Below are positions 30,443 to 40,345 of a stretch of 64,000 bases of DNA, piece by piece (the first letter of the stretch is position 1; each line of letters begins with the position of its first letter). A model generated the notes under the pieces. That model made no database searches. It was not told the DNA's origin and saw nothing but the letters and a program-made list of their open reading frames with translations. A program made the translations under genes and the position numbers. The stretch lies in IMG/VR virus record IMGVR_UViG_3300009430_000004, positions 1 to 64,000 of that record, one strand, 5' to 3'.

Positions 30443-30655
30443 ATGTCAAGATATTGTATTGAAGAACACTCTATAAGCAAGTGCTTCTTATGTTTGACTA
30501 TAGAAGGTCGTGTATGCGGTATCGGAGAGTCAGTTTTAGAAGCAATTGAGCTTAAACAGATGGAAGAATGTGAAGAAGCAGACTTCAAATGCAGGAAATG
30601 TATAGCAAAAGAATCCTGCGATGAACTCAGGGACAGATTTACAAATGAATATTGA
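30443..30655 (+). CDS. Small Cys-rich protein
   Basis: Strong GGGAGAGGGGG RBS, 8 Cys with two CxxC pairs. Confidence 0.55.
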   Translation: MSRYCIEEHSISKCFLCLTIEGRVCGIGESVLEAIELKQMEECEEADFKCRKCIAKESCDELRDRFTNEY

Positions 30656-30706
30656 ATGGTTTTGGACAAATGAACTCAGGTGACGCACCTGAGTTCGTTT
30701 TTTACT

Positions 30707-30716
30707 TATATATTAT
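30707..30716 (+). promoter_or_regulatory. Early promoter
   Basis: TATATATTAT immediately after the terminator at 30671-30700. Confidence 0.7.
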
Positions 30717-30742
30717 AATCATATGTAAAGGAGGTAATAAAG

Positions 30743-31306
30743 ATGGAAAAAATAGTTATGAGTTCAATGTATGGGCAATTTGGAAAGCCTAACAGAAATA
30801 TGATGGTATTTGGACACGATGAAGCGTTTATGTGTGCACCTAAACATGAACCATATTTTGCTAGACATTTTGAGGAGTTAATTTCTCCTCAGGCTATATT
30901 TAAAACAAGGTTGGAAGATTCCAGCCTATTTGATTGCTCTAAATGTGTGGTTGCCACCAAGAAAAGTAGACCACCATTTACTAATAAACAAAACTTTTGT
31001 ATGTCCCGTAATTTATTCTGTACTGAAGCTAGAAGAAAGTGCCTAACAGAATATTTCAATGAATATATATTACCAGAAATGATAGCTACAAGTAGGTCTG
31101 GTAAAACACCATATTATTTATGGCAATTAATGGAGTTATTAATAGATAATAAACCTATACGACCTATCATGGGTCGTCAAGATTGGACGAGACTGATATA
31201 TGGTAATAGTATTTTTCAGTCAAATTCTCGTCAAGTAGGTAAGTCATCTTTTTATAAAAACAATATAGGGGGTAGAGATTATGACTATGACAGGTCCAAA
31301 TGGTAA
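30743..31306 (+). CDS. Hypothetical early protein
   Basis: AAGGAGGT RBS, 187 aa. Confidence 0.55.
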   Translation: MEKIVMSSMYGQFGKPNRNMMVFGHDEAFMCAPKHEPYFARHFEELISPQAIFKTRLEDSSLFDCSKCVVATKKSRPPFTNKQNFCMSRNLFCTEARRKCLTEYFNEYILPEMIATSRSGKTPYYLWQLMELLIDNKPIRPIMGRQDWTRLIYGNSIFQSNSRQVGKSSFYKNNIGGRDYDYDRSKW

Positions 31307-31805
31307 ACTAGAACTCCCTTTAATGGGAAAACCAATTAATATCAATATGGATGTATCAAAGGTATCACCTGAGGTACAAAAGTATATTGAGGTGATGAGA
31401 AGGAGTATAATTGAAAATAAGCCTTCATATACGATACCTAAATTATCGGATGGGCAGACTGAAGAGTTTAAAAGGTTAATTGACAATGCTATCCTGTTAA
31501 ATAATGGTGATAAGACATTGGCGTTCAGTCAGGTATTTAATCTTACAGAAGAACAGTCCAAGGAATTCATGGACAGGATGTATAAAGTAGTTGAATTAAT
31601 GAGAAATGTATTCGAAAAGGTCAAGCAAACATTTACAACATTTGCTGAGAGTCTTAAGGCTAACAAGAGCTTTCAAGCAATGATGTATGCTTCAAGTGAA
31701 CGTCTAGAAGGTAAAAAGAAATATTTAAAGAGAGTGCAAAATAAGCAGAGGATATATGAAAAGAGGTATGGTAAAAGAAAATATAGAAGAAAGGGTGGAA
31801 GATAA
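31281..31805 (+). CDS. Hypothetical protein, basic C-terminus
   Basis: 174 aa in the early operon. Confidence 0.55.
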   Translation: MTMTGPNGKLELPLMGKPININMDVSKVSPEVQKYIEVMRRSIIENKPSYTIPKLSDGQTEEFKRLIDNAILLNNGDKTLAFSQVFNLTEEQSKEFMDRMYKVVELMRNVFEKVKQTFTTFAESLKANKSFQAMMYASSERLEGKKKYLKRVQNKQRIYEKRYGKRKYRRKGGR

Positions 31806-32029
31806 TGGCCAGACATGTTGCTATAATCGGTCATGGTGGTGAAGGTTCAATTGCTAAGAAGTTGATTGGGTATAGTCCTGACCTTGTAGTCATAGATGAA
31901 TCGCCTATGGTAAATACAGACTCTATACCTGAGTTCAAAGATCAGAAAGGTTTCTCATTAGAGACTCCTAAAGGTCCTAACAGAGCTCAAAGGCGAGCAT
32001 CAATGAAGAAGAATAAAAAAAGAAAATAA
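31805..32029 (+). CDS. Small basic hypothetical protein
   Basis: 74 aa with overlapping stop/start; NRAQRR motif common in phage small proteins. Confidence 0.55.
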   Translation: MARHVAIIGHGGEGSIAKKLIGYSPDLVVIDESPMVNTDSIPEFKDQKGFSLETPKGPNRAQRRASMKKNKKRK

Positions 32030-32042
32030 AGGGGATATATGG

Positions 32043-32345
32043 ATGGGAAATAAAACCTCAGCATTAGTAAATGATATCAATAGCGAGCTGTATTATCTTG
32101 CAACATTCAACAATACTCATACAGTTCGAGGGTTTAAATCATCATGTGAGCATAAACTTAGTAGTATACAAAAAATTGACAAAATGAAAGATGAGGTTAT
32201 AATAGAATTACTGAAGAGCTTACACCAAGAGCATATGGACTCTGATATAAGCTTTGTTGAATGGCTTAAAGAAAATAAGCCTGTTATATATAACGAAATT
32301 AAATACCTATTCGATGATTATGAAGGATTTCATCGAAATAAATAG
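32043..32345 (+). CDS. Hypothetical protein
   Basis: 100 aa, AAGGGGA RBS. Confidence 0.5.
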   Translation: MGNKTSALVNDINSELYYLATFNNTHTVRGFKSSCEHKLSSIQKIDKMKDEVIIELLKSLHQEHMDSDISFVEWLKENKPVIYNEIKYLFDDYEGFHRNK

Positions 32346-32362
32346 TTGAGGGGGTTGTATTA

Positions 32363-32671
32363 ATGAAATTTGAAGAAATTAGAAATTTAGTTGATGACCA
32401 ATTAGAGAGATTTGACACGGATGCTACAGAAGCGGTAATCGGAGAATGTGATTTTGCCACAATAATATTTAACTATTCAACATTCGGATTACAGAATTTC
32501 CTATCAGTAATCGTATATCATATCAAAAATGGAGATGAACTTTGCGACCAATATTTCTTCAAGTGGATTGACACAGAAAGAATAATAGGCTTCCATGGAA
32601 GCGATATATTAACAGATGATGAATATAACAAGTTGATTGAGATTATAAGGTTGACCAATTATAATATTTAA
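32363..32671 (+). CDS. Hypothetical protein
   Basis: 102 aa, GAGGGGG RBS. Confidence 0.5.
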   Translation: MKFEEIRNLVDDQLERFDTDATEAVIGECDFATIIFNYSTFGLQNFLSVIVYHIKNGDELCDQYFFKWIDTERIIGFHGSDILTDDEYNKLIEIIRLTNYNI

Positions 32672-32717
32672 TAAATTGGTAAACTTAATAATAAATAAAT
32701 TATCGGGAGGTAATGAT

Positions 32718-33518
32718 ATGAATTTTGGAAATTTACAGAATAACGCTAAAGACCAAGTAAACGTTAATACTAGAGGTGTTCAATTTATGAACAAGGAAGG
32801 ATTTGATCCTTCAACTCTACTTGTAGGATATTGGAATGAAATGATTTCCTTAAAGATGCATCCTGCACTTGAAAAGAGTAAACAAACTGAATCAAAAGTA
32901 TTCGATTATGAAAAGGTTATATCGACTGCTATCACATTAGAGAAAGCAATTACTCTCTGTGATGGAATCGTTAAAAAGATATTCCCTGCTATTGAAAAGG
33001 GTGAGCAAGCGTCAGTTGGTGTTCCTGTTGGTAGTGATTCACTTATTGTAGTGAGCACAGGGGTTACCATGACTGGCTCAGTTAGACCTTATATTGCTAT
33101 ACACAAGGCTCTTGATGAAAAGACAAAGAAGCCAGAAGTTAGCATATATTATGAATTCGGTCAATCATATACAGTTGATAATTATGATGAAAAGACTGGA
33201 TCATTTGAAGTTACTAAAGGAATTAACAGCGAACTATACTTATTCTATGAAATCCTTGATGCTGCTAAGCTTGGAATGAGCAATGCTATAGCTCATTCAA
33301 TCAGAGTTGTAGATAAATATTACAGGGATAGAATGATGAATGATATTGGTGAAATTGCTGCTAAACTAGGTGTAAGCACAGGTAACACTAAAAATTCTTA
33401 TCGTGGAAAGAAGGACATCTTCGGTTCTGAAGGAACAAGTTTAACTAATGGTGGCGGTGATGCTGCTAGTGTTGAAAAGTTAAATAATATTTCAGAAATT
33501 GATGAGTTCTTAAATTAA
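32718..33518 (+). CDS. Conserved jumbo-phage protein (possible nucleic-acid binding)
   Basis: Start refined to MNFGNLQ after GGGAGG. High-expression codon usage, beta-rich N-terminus and acidic tail. Confidence 0.5.
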   Translation: MNFGNLQNNAKDQVNVNTRGVQFMNKEGFDPSTLLVGYWNEMISLKMHPALEKSKQTESKVFDYEKVISTAITLEKAITLCDGIVKKIFPAIEKGEQASVGVPVGSDSLIVVSTGVTMTGSVRPYIAIHKALDEKTKKPEVSIYYEFGQSYTVDNYDEKTGSFEVTKGINSELYLFYEILDAAKLGMSNAIAHSIRVVDKYYRDRMMNDIGEIAAKLGVSTGNTKNSYRGKKDIFGSEGTSLTNGGGDAASVEKLNNISEIDEFLN

Positions 33519-33587
33519 TGGATAAGGCTATAATATCATCATTATAGCCTTATTTTTTCCAGCCTAAAAACTATAGGGGGTGGTCCT

Positions 33588-34295
33588 ATGATGGATGAGT
33601 TTACTAAAAAGCCTGAGATTATATTCATCACATATGATGAAGTAATCAAAAGCCCTTATCCATTTATTCTAAAACAAATATCTACTAGATATAAGCAGTT
33701 TTATGAACCATATCTTGATTTATCAAGAATAGAAAAGATGGATGAAAATAATTTGGACAGATTATGTGTTCAAAGGACAGATAAAAACCTATTCAGATAT
33801 CTATCAAAAATACCATTTGACTTCGATAAGTCAATGAGCGATATACTGAATAAGTTCGATGACATGTATTTTAATTGCCCATTAATGAAGATGGGAACAG
33901 CTTTAACATTCTTATTATCTCAGAAATTTACACAGAAAGTGTACATTTACACTGAGAAATATGATAAGAGGGTTCACTTAGATATACAGACAACATATAG
34001 GGATATGGATAGAGTTAATTATATTACTGGTAACTTCGATGAGGTTATATGTTCATTGAATGGTGTAACCAGTTATATACTCAACGATATAAACTATCTT
34101 GTTCCTCTAATACATCATAAGAAGACAGAGTATACTAATATCCTAGTCGGTAATTTTGGTTATAATTATGCTTTAAATGACCAGAACCAAATGGTACTAA
34201 GGATAAATATAGATGAATGGGTGAAAGAATTTATTTTTAAATTTGCAACTTTCATGCCAATTGAGTTCACAGATGAACATTTTACCACACTTTGA
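33588..34295 (+). CDS. Hypothetical protein, possibly a degenerate HAD-like fold
   Basis: IIFITYDEVIK resembles HAD motif I without the first Asp. Confidence 0.35.
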   Translation: MMDEFTKKPEIIFITYDEVIKSPYPFILKQISTRYKQFYEPYLDLSRIEKMDENNLDRLCVQRTDKNLFRYLSKIPFDFDKSMSDILNKFDDMYFNCPLMKMGTALTFLLSQKFTQKVYIYTEKYDKRVHLDIQTTYRDMDRVNYITGNFDEVICSLNGVTSYILNDINYLVPLIHHKKTEYTNILVGNFGYNYALNDQNQMVLRINIDEWVKEFIFKFATFMPIEFTDEHFTTL

Positions 34296-34377
34296 AAATA
34301 GTGGTAGAATTAAAAAATACTTTTACTGTAACATTACTTTAGGTAGTAGGTCTTTTTAGAAAGGAGATGGAAAAATT

Positions 34378-34770
34378 ATGAAAAGAAATGAAAAAGGAGA
34401 GTTAATAATAACTCCGAATGATTATGACGTAGCGAAAAAATTAATGATGTACAGCTTCTCACTTGCTCAGGAGGCAATTCCTCATAAGAAGTTTGAGAAG
34501 AAAGAAGATGTTGAAAAATACATCCATGATAGGGCTTTGGAGTTAATCCTCATGTTCTATCCTAAAGAGCTGATAAGAGAATTCAGCGTTAAGTTTGATG
34601 ATAATTCACCAAATATTGTTATGAATTGTGATTTGTATGAGGGAGCTGTTATGGCTCGGGAAGCTACTAATAGAATTCCTATGGAATTTAGTGTGAACCT
34701 AGCTTTAAAACAACCTCAGACACCACAACCACCACAACAATCGAATTCAGAGCCTGAAACACAGGCTTAA
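34378..34770 (+). CDS. Hypothetical late protein
   Basis: Late promoter at 34330-34341, AAGGAG RBS. Confidence 0.55.
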   Translation: MKRNEKGELIITPNDYDVAKKLMMYSFSLAQEAIPHKKFEKKEDVEKYIHDRALELILMFYPKELIREFSVKFDDNSPNIVMNCDLYEGAVMAREATNRIPMEFSVNLALKQPQTPQPPQQSNSEPETQA

Positions 34771-34784
34771 TATATTATAGGAGG

Positions 34785-36500
34785 ATGGGGAAAATGAGCA
34801 ATACAATATTTACACCAAATTATGACTGGAATGTCATTGACGAGAAAAACTTCAAGGATAGAGTACACATGGTATTCAATCAAGTTGCTGGAGCACTTGT
34901 CAATACATTAGGACCATATGGGTCAACTACAATCATTGAAAAATATGGTGAAATGCATATCACTAAAGACGGATGGCAAGTATTAAAGAAGATCCACTTT
35001 GGTGACCCTGTAAACAATAATATCATGCACTTGCTTATTAATATAAGTGCACAGGTAGTTCTTAGAGTTGGTGATGGAAGTACATCTTCCATTATAGCAG
35101 CTAATACTATTCTCAATCGTTTAGAGAATAATCCAACATTGAAGAAGATGAGACCTAAAGAATTCTTAAAGGTTTTATCTGCGGCTGTTGAATTGATATC
35201 ACAAAGAATTCTGGACTTCTCTTCTAAAATCAATAAGGAGAATGACCCAGATTTCAATGAAATATATAAGTTAGCTATGATTTCTACAAATGGTGATGAT
35301 GATGTTTCAAAAGTTATTCAAACCATTTACAGAGAAACAGTTAACCCAAGTATTGAATTTGTTCAATCAAAGACTAACAAGACCACATATGAAATCATAG
35401 AAGGCTATAAATTAGCTAATATGACTTACATTGATGGTATATTTGCTAATGGTGATGACGGTACTTGTTCTATTACAAAACCAATAATCATCATGTTTGA
35501 CCATAAGATTGACAAAGAAACACACTTTGATAAGATACTTACAAATGCTATACAAGTGGCTTTAGCCCAAGAAAGAAGAATAGTTATAGTCGCTCCAAAC
35601 TATGATAAGTATTTGCTTAACATGCTCGGTACTGCTATACCTATGGAATATAAAGCTAGAGGTACAAGCACTTCTGTGTATGCTAGAGTATCACTAATCA
35701 ACAATATGTCACATGAGTTATATAATGATTTCGCTACTATGACTGGCGGAATGATTATCAGAGAAACTCATATTGACCAGCTTGTAGATGGTACATTGAA
35801 AGTAGATGAATTCCTCGGTGAAGTTGACAACATCGTCATCGGAGATACATCAACTCTAATCAAAGGATTCTACAAGAGAAATGAGGACATGTACAATGTA
35901 TGTGTTAACGATGCTACAGCTAAGTACAAGAAAGTTGAAGCTACACATAGAGAGCTTGGAATAGTAAACTCTGAGTTATATGAGCTAAAACAAAGACTGG
36001 CTAAGCTTAGAGGTAAAATGGGAGTTATCTATGTAGGTGGAAACTCCTCACTTGAAAAAGTAAGTAACTATGACCTTGTAGAAGATGCTGTTAAAGCATG
36101 TGAATCAGCTTACAACTATGGGTACAATATAGGTGGTAACTTGATTCTTCCGATAGCTATAAGGCATATTAAAGAGAATACAGAAAATCTTTCAGACAAC
36201 ACAAAACTTATACTTGACTTATTAAATGATGCTTTCAGGGATGTATTTGTTAAGGTGCTTGGTAACAAGTTCACTGAGGAAAGAGATACAGGCTCTGATA
36301 AGTTATATGACATAGTAGATAAGTGTGTTGATTCTTGGAAGTGTTATGATTTAATCACTGATGAATACAGTGATAATGTAATTAATTCGTGCTTCACTGA
36401 TATTGAAATATTAAAGGCTGCAACATCAATAGTTTCACTGTTGATATCAAGTAACCAATATGTATCAATTATGGTGAGCAACTCTGAAGTACAACAATAA
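34785..36500 (+). CDS. Phage chaperonin (GroEL-like, AR9 gp228 type)
   Basis: TLGPYG, ITKDGW, VGDGSTSS, EDAVKA..A..YG..IGG motifs. No adjacent GroES gene. Likely start is ATG 34794. Confidence 0.9.
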   Translation: MGKMSNTIFTPNYDWNVIDEKNFKDRVHMVFNQVAGALVNTLGPYGSTTIIEKYGEMHITKDGWQVLKKIHFGDPVNNNIMHLLINISAQVVLRVGDGSTSSIIAANTILNRLENNPTLKKMRPKEFLKVLSAAVELISQRILDFSSKINKENDPDFNEIYKLAMISTNGDDDVSKVIQTIYRETVNPSIEFVQSKTNKTTYEIIEGYKLANMTYIDGIFANGDDGTCSITKPIIIMFDHKIDKETHFDKILTNAIQVALAQERRIVIVAPNYDKYLLNMLGTAIPMEYKARGTSTSVYARVSLINNMSHELYNDFATMTGGMIIRETHIDQLVDGTLKVDEFLGEVDNIVIGDTSTLIKGFYKRNEDMYNVCVNDATAKYKKVEATHRELGIVNSELYELKQRLAKLRGKMGVIYVGGNSSLEKVSNYDLVEDAVKACESAYNYGYNIGGNLILPIAIRHIKENTENLSDNTKLILDLLNDAFRDVFVKVLGNKFTEERDTGSDKLYDIVDKCVDSWKCYDLITDEYSDNVINSCFTDIEILKAATSIVSLLISSNQYVSIMVSNSEVQQ

Positions 36501-36508
36501 GTTTCTGA

Positions 36509-36530
36509 GGGGTAGGCTGATGCCTACCCC
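36509..36530 (+). terminator. Terminator after chaperonin
   Basis: GGGGTAGGC-tgat-GCCTACCCC. Confidence 0.75.
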
Positions 36531-36570
36531 TGGAAATACAACTAAATATGATTTTGTGGGGTGAGGAGTT

Positions 36571-37374
36571 TTGTTCATATTACAAACCTTGAAAGAATTC
36601 ATGGATAACCCTATGGGTAAGGGTAGCATGGCTATACCTAACAGGCAACTAATCAAGGACGATCTTGATAAAAGATATGACAAACTTGTAAAAGAAAAGA
36701 AGATTAAACTAAATGTTTTTAGGGACTCAGATGAATACTACTTTCATTTTGAGATGCCTAGTGAAAGTGAAAGAGAGAATACATATGATGTAGTGCTCCA
36801 TTTTACAATGGGCGACGAGAATTTCAAGTATGATAATTTCTTGGATAGATACTATGTCAAGTTTTTCTCTAACTGTCCAAGTTTTACGTACACATTTGCA
36901 TATGCATTTAATTTGTACGGACTATTAATAGACTCATTAGGAGATAAGTATGAGTCAGAAGTATTAAATAATGACCCAGTAACTCGAAATCCTGGGGAAA
37001 TAATAAGCTATGAGAAATCTATATATTTTGCATGTAGATATCTCTCACTAAATAAAACATTCTTAAATAAGATGTATCTTAACGGGATTGCTAAGCCTTT
37101 TAATGTGAGAAGTTTTAATAATAGAATTAGAAACTCACATCAGATAAAGCTACAGATTGACAGAGAACGAGTTAGGGTACAGGCTAAGAAAAAGGAAGAA
37201 GAAGAAAAACAGAAGAAAGCTTCTTCTAAAATAGTAGATAAAGTTGCAAAAGCTGTAACTGGCAAGAATGAGAAAAACAAGATCTCAGGGGGTAAAACAA
37301 GCGTCAATTATGTAAAACCTAAGCCGAAAATTCAAGCACGCAAATCTTCTATTACTAAATCAAAACCAAAATAA
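36571..37374 (+). CDS. Conserved hypothetical protein
   Basis: 267 aa with basic C-terminus, between the chaperonin and sigma-like genes. Confidence 0.55.
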   Translation: MFILQTLKEFMDNPMGKGSMAIPNRQLIKDDLDKRYDKLVKEKKIKLNVFRDSDEYYFHFEMPSESERENTYDVVLHFTMGDENFKYDNFLDRYYVKFFSNCPSFTYTFAYAFNLYGLLIDSLGDKYESEVLNNDPVTRNPGEIISYEKSIYFACRYLSLNKTFLNKMYLNGIAKPFNVRSFNNRIRNSHQIKLQIDRERVRVQAKKKEEEEKQKKASSKIVDKVAKAVTGKNEKNKISGGKTSVNYVKPKPKIQARKSSITKSKPK

Positions 37375-37375
37375 A

Positions 37376-37385
37376 TATATATTAT
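37376..37385 (+). promoter_or_regulatory. Early promoter (sigma-like gene)
   Basis: TATATATTAT. Confidence 0.7.
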
Positions 37386-37426
37386 ATAATCAGATATAAA
37401 TAATACGTTTAGGGTGGTGTTCGGGA

Positions 37427-38911
37427 ATGCAGGAAGCTAATGGTTTTGTGAGGGTTGATGAATGGGAACCAAGAGATACAGATATAAAAATAGGGTATGA
37501 TGGAAAGCTTATGTTAATCCCTTTTGACATTATATTCAATAGGGATAGTGCAAAGACATTAAATACATTTGTAATAAAGAAAGAATCCTATGTAAGAAAA
37601 CTAAGTGAGATAACTCATTATATAAATTACTTCATCAGGTTTTATGACACAAATAATGAGTTACTATTATCTTATCTAAAGCTAAAGTATCTGATAGATG
37701 ATAAAAAGCGTAAGATAAATACAAACGCTTTTACTATGATGCTTTACACTATCCTGTTTACTAAGACTATGCAGGATAAAATTAGTAGAATGGTTGAGGA
37801 CAATTGCTATATTGACTTAGCCTCAAAAGATGGAAAGAAGTACACGGAGTCATTAGAGTTTAACAAAGACCATGCAAAGATAATGATGAAAATATCAATG
37901 AGCATGAAGATAATGATTCCAGTTCTGTTTCACTATATTAATTCAAATAATCTGAGTAAAGAAACAGATTTATTTAAATATTATGAGCAACTATTCGACA
38001 TGTATAGTGATGACATAGATATCTATAATAAGCTTTGGTTGTATACCTTAGCTAAGATTAATAAAAATTATTCGCACAATAAACAAATATGGACACAAAG
38101 AGAAGTGTTCGGAGCTGACCCACTGATATACCTGGATGTGCTTCTTAAAGAAAAGATAATCTCAGAAGCAATGTTTAAGTATACCTTCAATAAGAATATT
38201 ATCAGCTTTAACTCAGTTGTGTTGGATAAACAATTACAGTTCTATATGATGGAGCAATATGCTCACACTCCTGTAGAGTTAACAAATGTCAAAGATGCTG
38301 ATGGACTTAGTGGTCTTGATAAATTAGAGATGAATTCAAATAAGATAGATGAGTCTCTGATTATATTATCCAATATCAATATTAAGAAGACTATTAAGCG
38401 TTTAAAGAAGCAGATGGCTATTGATATACCTAAGGAGGAAATCGAGTATTATAAGAAGTATCATCATGTCAATAAGTTTCAAGTTCAGTTAGTATTCTAT
38501 TTCTATGCGAAATACTTCGGTGGTTATAGAGACTTAAACCTGCTAACTAGAAAACAATATCTGACATTATTGATACTACTAAAAAGGAAATTACAAATTC
38601 AAGGTGCAAAATACTTACCTCAGATATTAACAGGTAACATCGAGAGTAAGTTATGCACAAGAACAATTCAAAATAGTAAATTTCTGGCTAAGATTGAGAA
38701 TTCAACTGTGTACCAGTCATTGGTAAGTGATAAGTTCTCAACACTAAGTGAGTTGAAGAAATCAAATCTGATTATCAACATACTATCAACAATCCTTAAT
38801 ACTAATTTCTCATTTGTCGATTATGACCATGAGGAAAAGTTAGGTGATAAGATAGAGGTTAATGCTGATATAGTATCAGATGAGTTCCTAAACTTCTTAA
38901 ATCAGTTATAA
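37427..38911 (+). CDS. Probable non-virion RNAP promoter-specificity (sigma-like) subunit, AR9 gp226-like
   Basis: All-helical 494 aa with an early promoter, two genes from the chaperonin as gp226 is from gp228 in AR9. Basis is synteny and size; no alignment was run. Confidence 0.55.
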   Translation: MQEANGFVRVDEWEPRDTDIKIGYDGKLMLIPFDIIFNRDSAKTLNTFVIKKESYVRKLSEITHYINYFIRFYDTNNELLLSYLKLKYLIDDKKRKINTNAFTMMLYTILFTKTMQDKISRMVEDNCYIDLASKDGKKYTESLEFNKDHAKIMMKISMSMKIMIPVLFHYINSNNLSKETDLFKYYEQLFDMYSDDIDIYNKLWLYTLAKINKNYSHNKQIWTQREVFGADPLIYLDVLLKEKIISEAMFKYTFNKNIISFNSVVLDKQLQFYMMEQYAHTPVELTNVKDADGLSGLDKLEMNSNKIDESLIILSNINIKKTIKRLKKQMAIDIPKEEIEYYKKYHHVNKFQVQLVFYFYAKYFGGYRDLNLLTRKQYLTLLILLKRKLQIQGAKYLPQILTGNIESKLCTRTIQNSKFLAKIENSTVYQSLVSDKFSTLSELKKSNLIINILSTILNTNFSFVDYDHEEKLGDKIEVNADIVSDEFLNFLNQL

Positions 38912-38991
38912 AATAATGGTGTGACTAACAATCACACCATTAATTATTTTTTGAGAAAATATAACCTCAGTATAAGAGAGGTGAGGAAATA

Positions 38992-40020
38992 TTGGATAAA
39001 CGAGAGCTTAAGACTAAAATACGAACTGCACTACTAAGAGTGCAATCGGCTAGACAAACTTCAGGAGAACAAATTACATTGAGGTGTCCATTCTGTGGGG
39101 ATAGTATGAAGGATATAACTCATGCACACTTTAATGTGAAGATTAATTTATATGATGATGAACCTATAATATTCCACTGTTTTAGATGTGATATAGGGGG
39201 AATACTTACCCCATCACTACTAAGAACATTTAAGATTAGTGACCTACAAATGAATAGTGGGTTAATATCTTATAATAAAGAAACTATGGGTAAAGTAAAT
39301 AAGTCATTAGGAATTATCAATAATGACTTCAATTTTAGAGTACCTATGCCATCAGATTCTGAGAAAACCTATAAGAAGAAAGTTTACATTGAAAAAAGAA
39401 TGGGTAGACCATTTACGATAGAGGAATTAGTCGGTCATAAAGTTGTATTCAATCTTGGGGACTTTCTTAGAGAGAATGGGATAGATACTTTGACTGTAAA
39501 AAAGGAACAAGCAAAGCTTCTTCATGAAGATTATGTTGGGTTCCTAACGGCAAAGAATGAATTTATAAACTTCAGAGATATAACGGGGAATAATAAAAGA
39601 TACTACAAGTATAGTATCTTTAAGACTCTTGACAATACAAGAAAACAATATGTTATGCCTAATCAAATAGACCTGTTGTCTAATAATGAAATAGTTATAA
39701 ATATAGCTGAAGGTGTATTTGATATATTTGGTATATACTATCATCTTTTCGATCAAGAAAAGAAAAATATGATTTATACCGCAGTATGTGGTTCAGGTTA
39801 CATATCCGTATTGAAATACTTTATTCAAATGGGTGTAATCGGAAACGTAATAGTTAATATCTTCTCAGACTCAGATAGAACACCTAAGTTTTATAAAGAC
39901 CTTGAACTTGAAGACCAGATTAAGGATTGGGTAAAAACAATCAATCTGTTTTACAATGAAAAAGGTAAGGACTATGGTGTCACTAAGGATGAGATAAAGT
40001 TAATAAAGAAAAAATTATAA
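38992..40020 (+). CDS. DNA primase (DnaG-like)
   Basis: Zinc finger RCPFCGDS..H..FHCFRC and TOPRIM IAEGVFD..IFSDSD, KDYG. Confidence 0.8.
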   Translation: MDKRELKTKIRTALLRVQSARQTSGEQITLRCPFCGDSMKDITHAHFNVKINLYDDEPIIFHCFRCDIGGILTPSLLRTFKISDLQMNSGLISYNKETMGKVNKSLGIINNDFNFRVPMPSDSEKTYKKKVYIEKRMGRPFTIEELVGHKVVFNLGDFLRENGIDTLTVKKEQAKLLHEDYVGFLTAKNEFINFRDITGNNKRYYKYSIFKTLDNTRKQYVMPNQIDLLSNNEIVINIAEGVFDIFGIYYHLFDQEKKNMIYTAVCGSGYISVLKYFIQMGVIGNVIVNIFSDSDRTPKFYKDLELEDQIKDWVKTINLFYNEKGKDYGVTKDEIKLIKKKL

Positions 40021-40151
40021 CCGAAGGTAATAATCCTTCAGTTATAATTTTTTTTGGCGGGTAATTGTCATCTTCTCTAGGATAGGAAACAATGTTTTTG
40101 ACACAAAAAATACATTTATCTTTATAGGGTAACAAATTGTATTTGTATCTT
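40010..40151 (-). ncRNA. Candidate small RNA 2 (late promoter to terminator, about 140 nt)
   Basis: AACA TTTATT TA promoter at 40151-40162, terminator hairpin at 40011-40051, paralogous to sRNA 1. Confidence 0.45.
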
Positions 40152-40169
40152 AAATAAATGTTGAATTGA

Positions 40170-40262
40170 TAAAAAATTACAACTGAAGAATAACTTCAGT
40201 TGTAATCTTTCATTGTAATCAATACATTATATTATAGGAGATAAAATTTGTACTTTTATCTT
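40170..40262 (-). ncRNA. Candidate small RNA 1 (late promoter to terminator, about 90 nt)
   Basis: AACA TTAAAG TA promoter at 40262-40273, 5' hairpin AGAUAAAA/UUUUAUCU, and terminator at 40176-40206 followed by U6. Confidence 0.45.
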
Positions 40263-40345
40263 ACTTTAATGTTAGCAATAGAATATTATATTTTTCTTTT
40301 TTTAACAATTAATTAAAAATAAATAAAGATAGGTGGTGAACTTAA

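Noticed and set aside
30743-31306. SSMYGQFG (polB motif B-like) and RQVGKS (Walker A-like) in one small protein
   Set aside because: Isolated short matches without the surrounding domains; likely chance.
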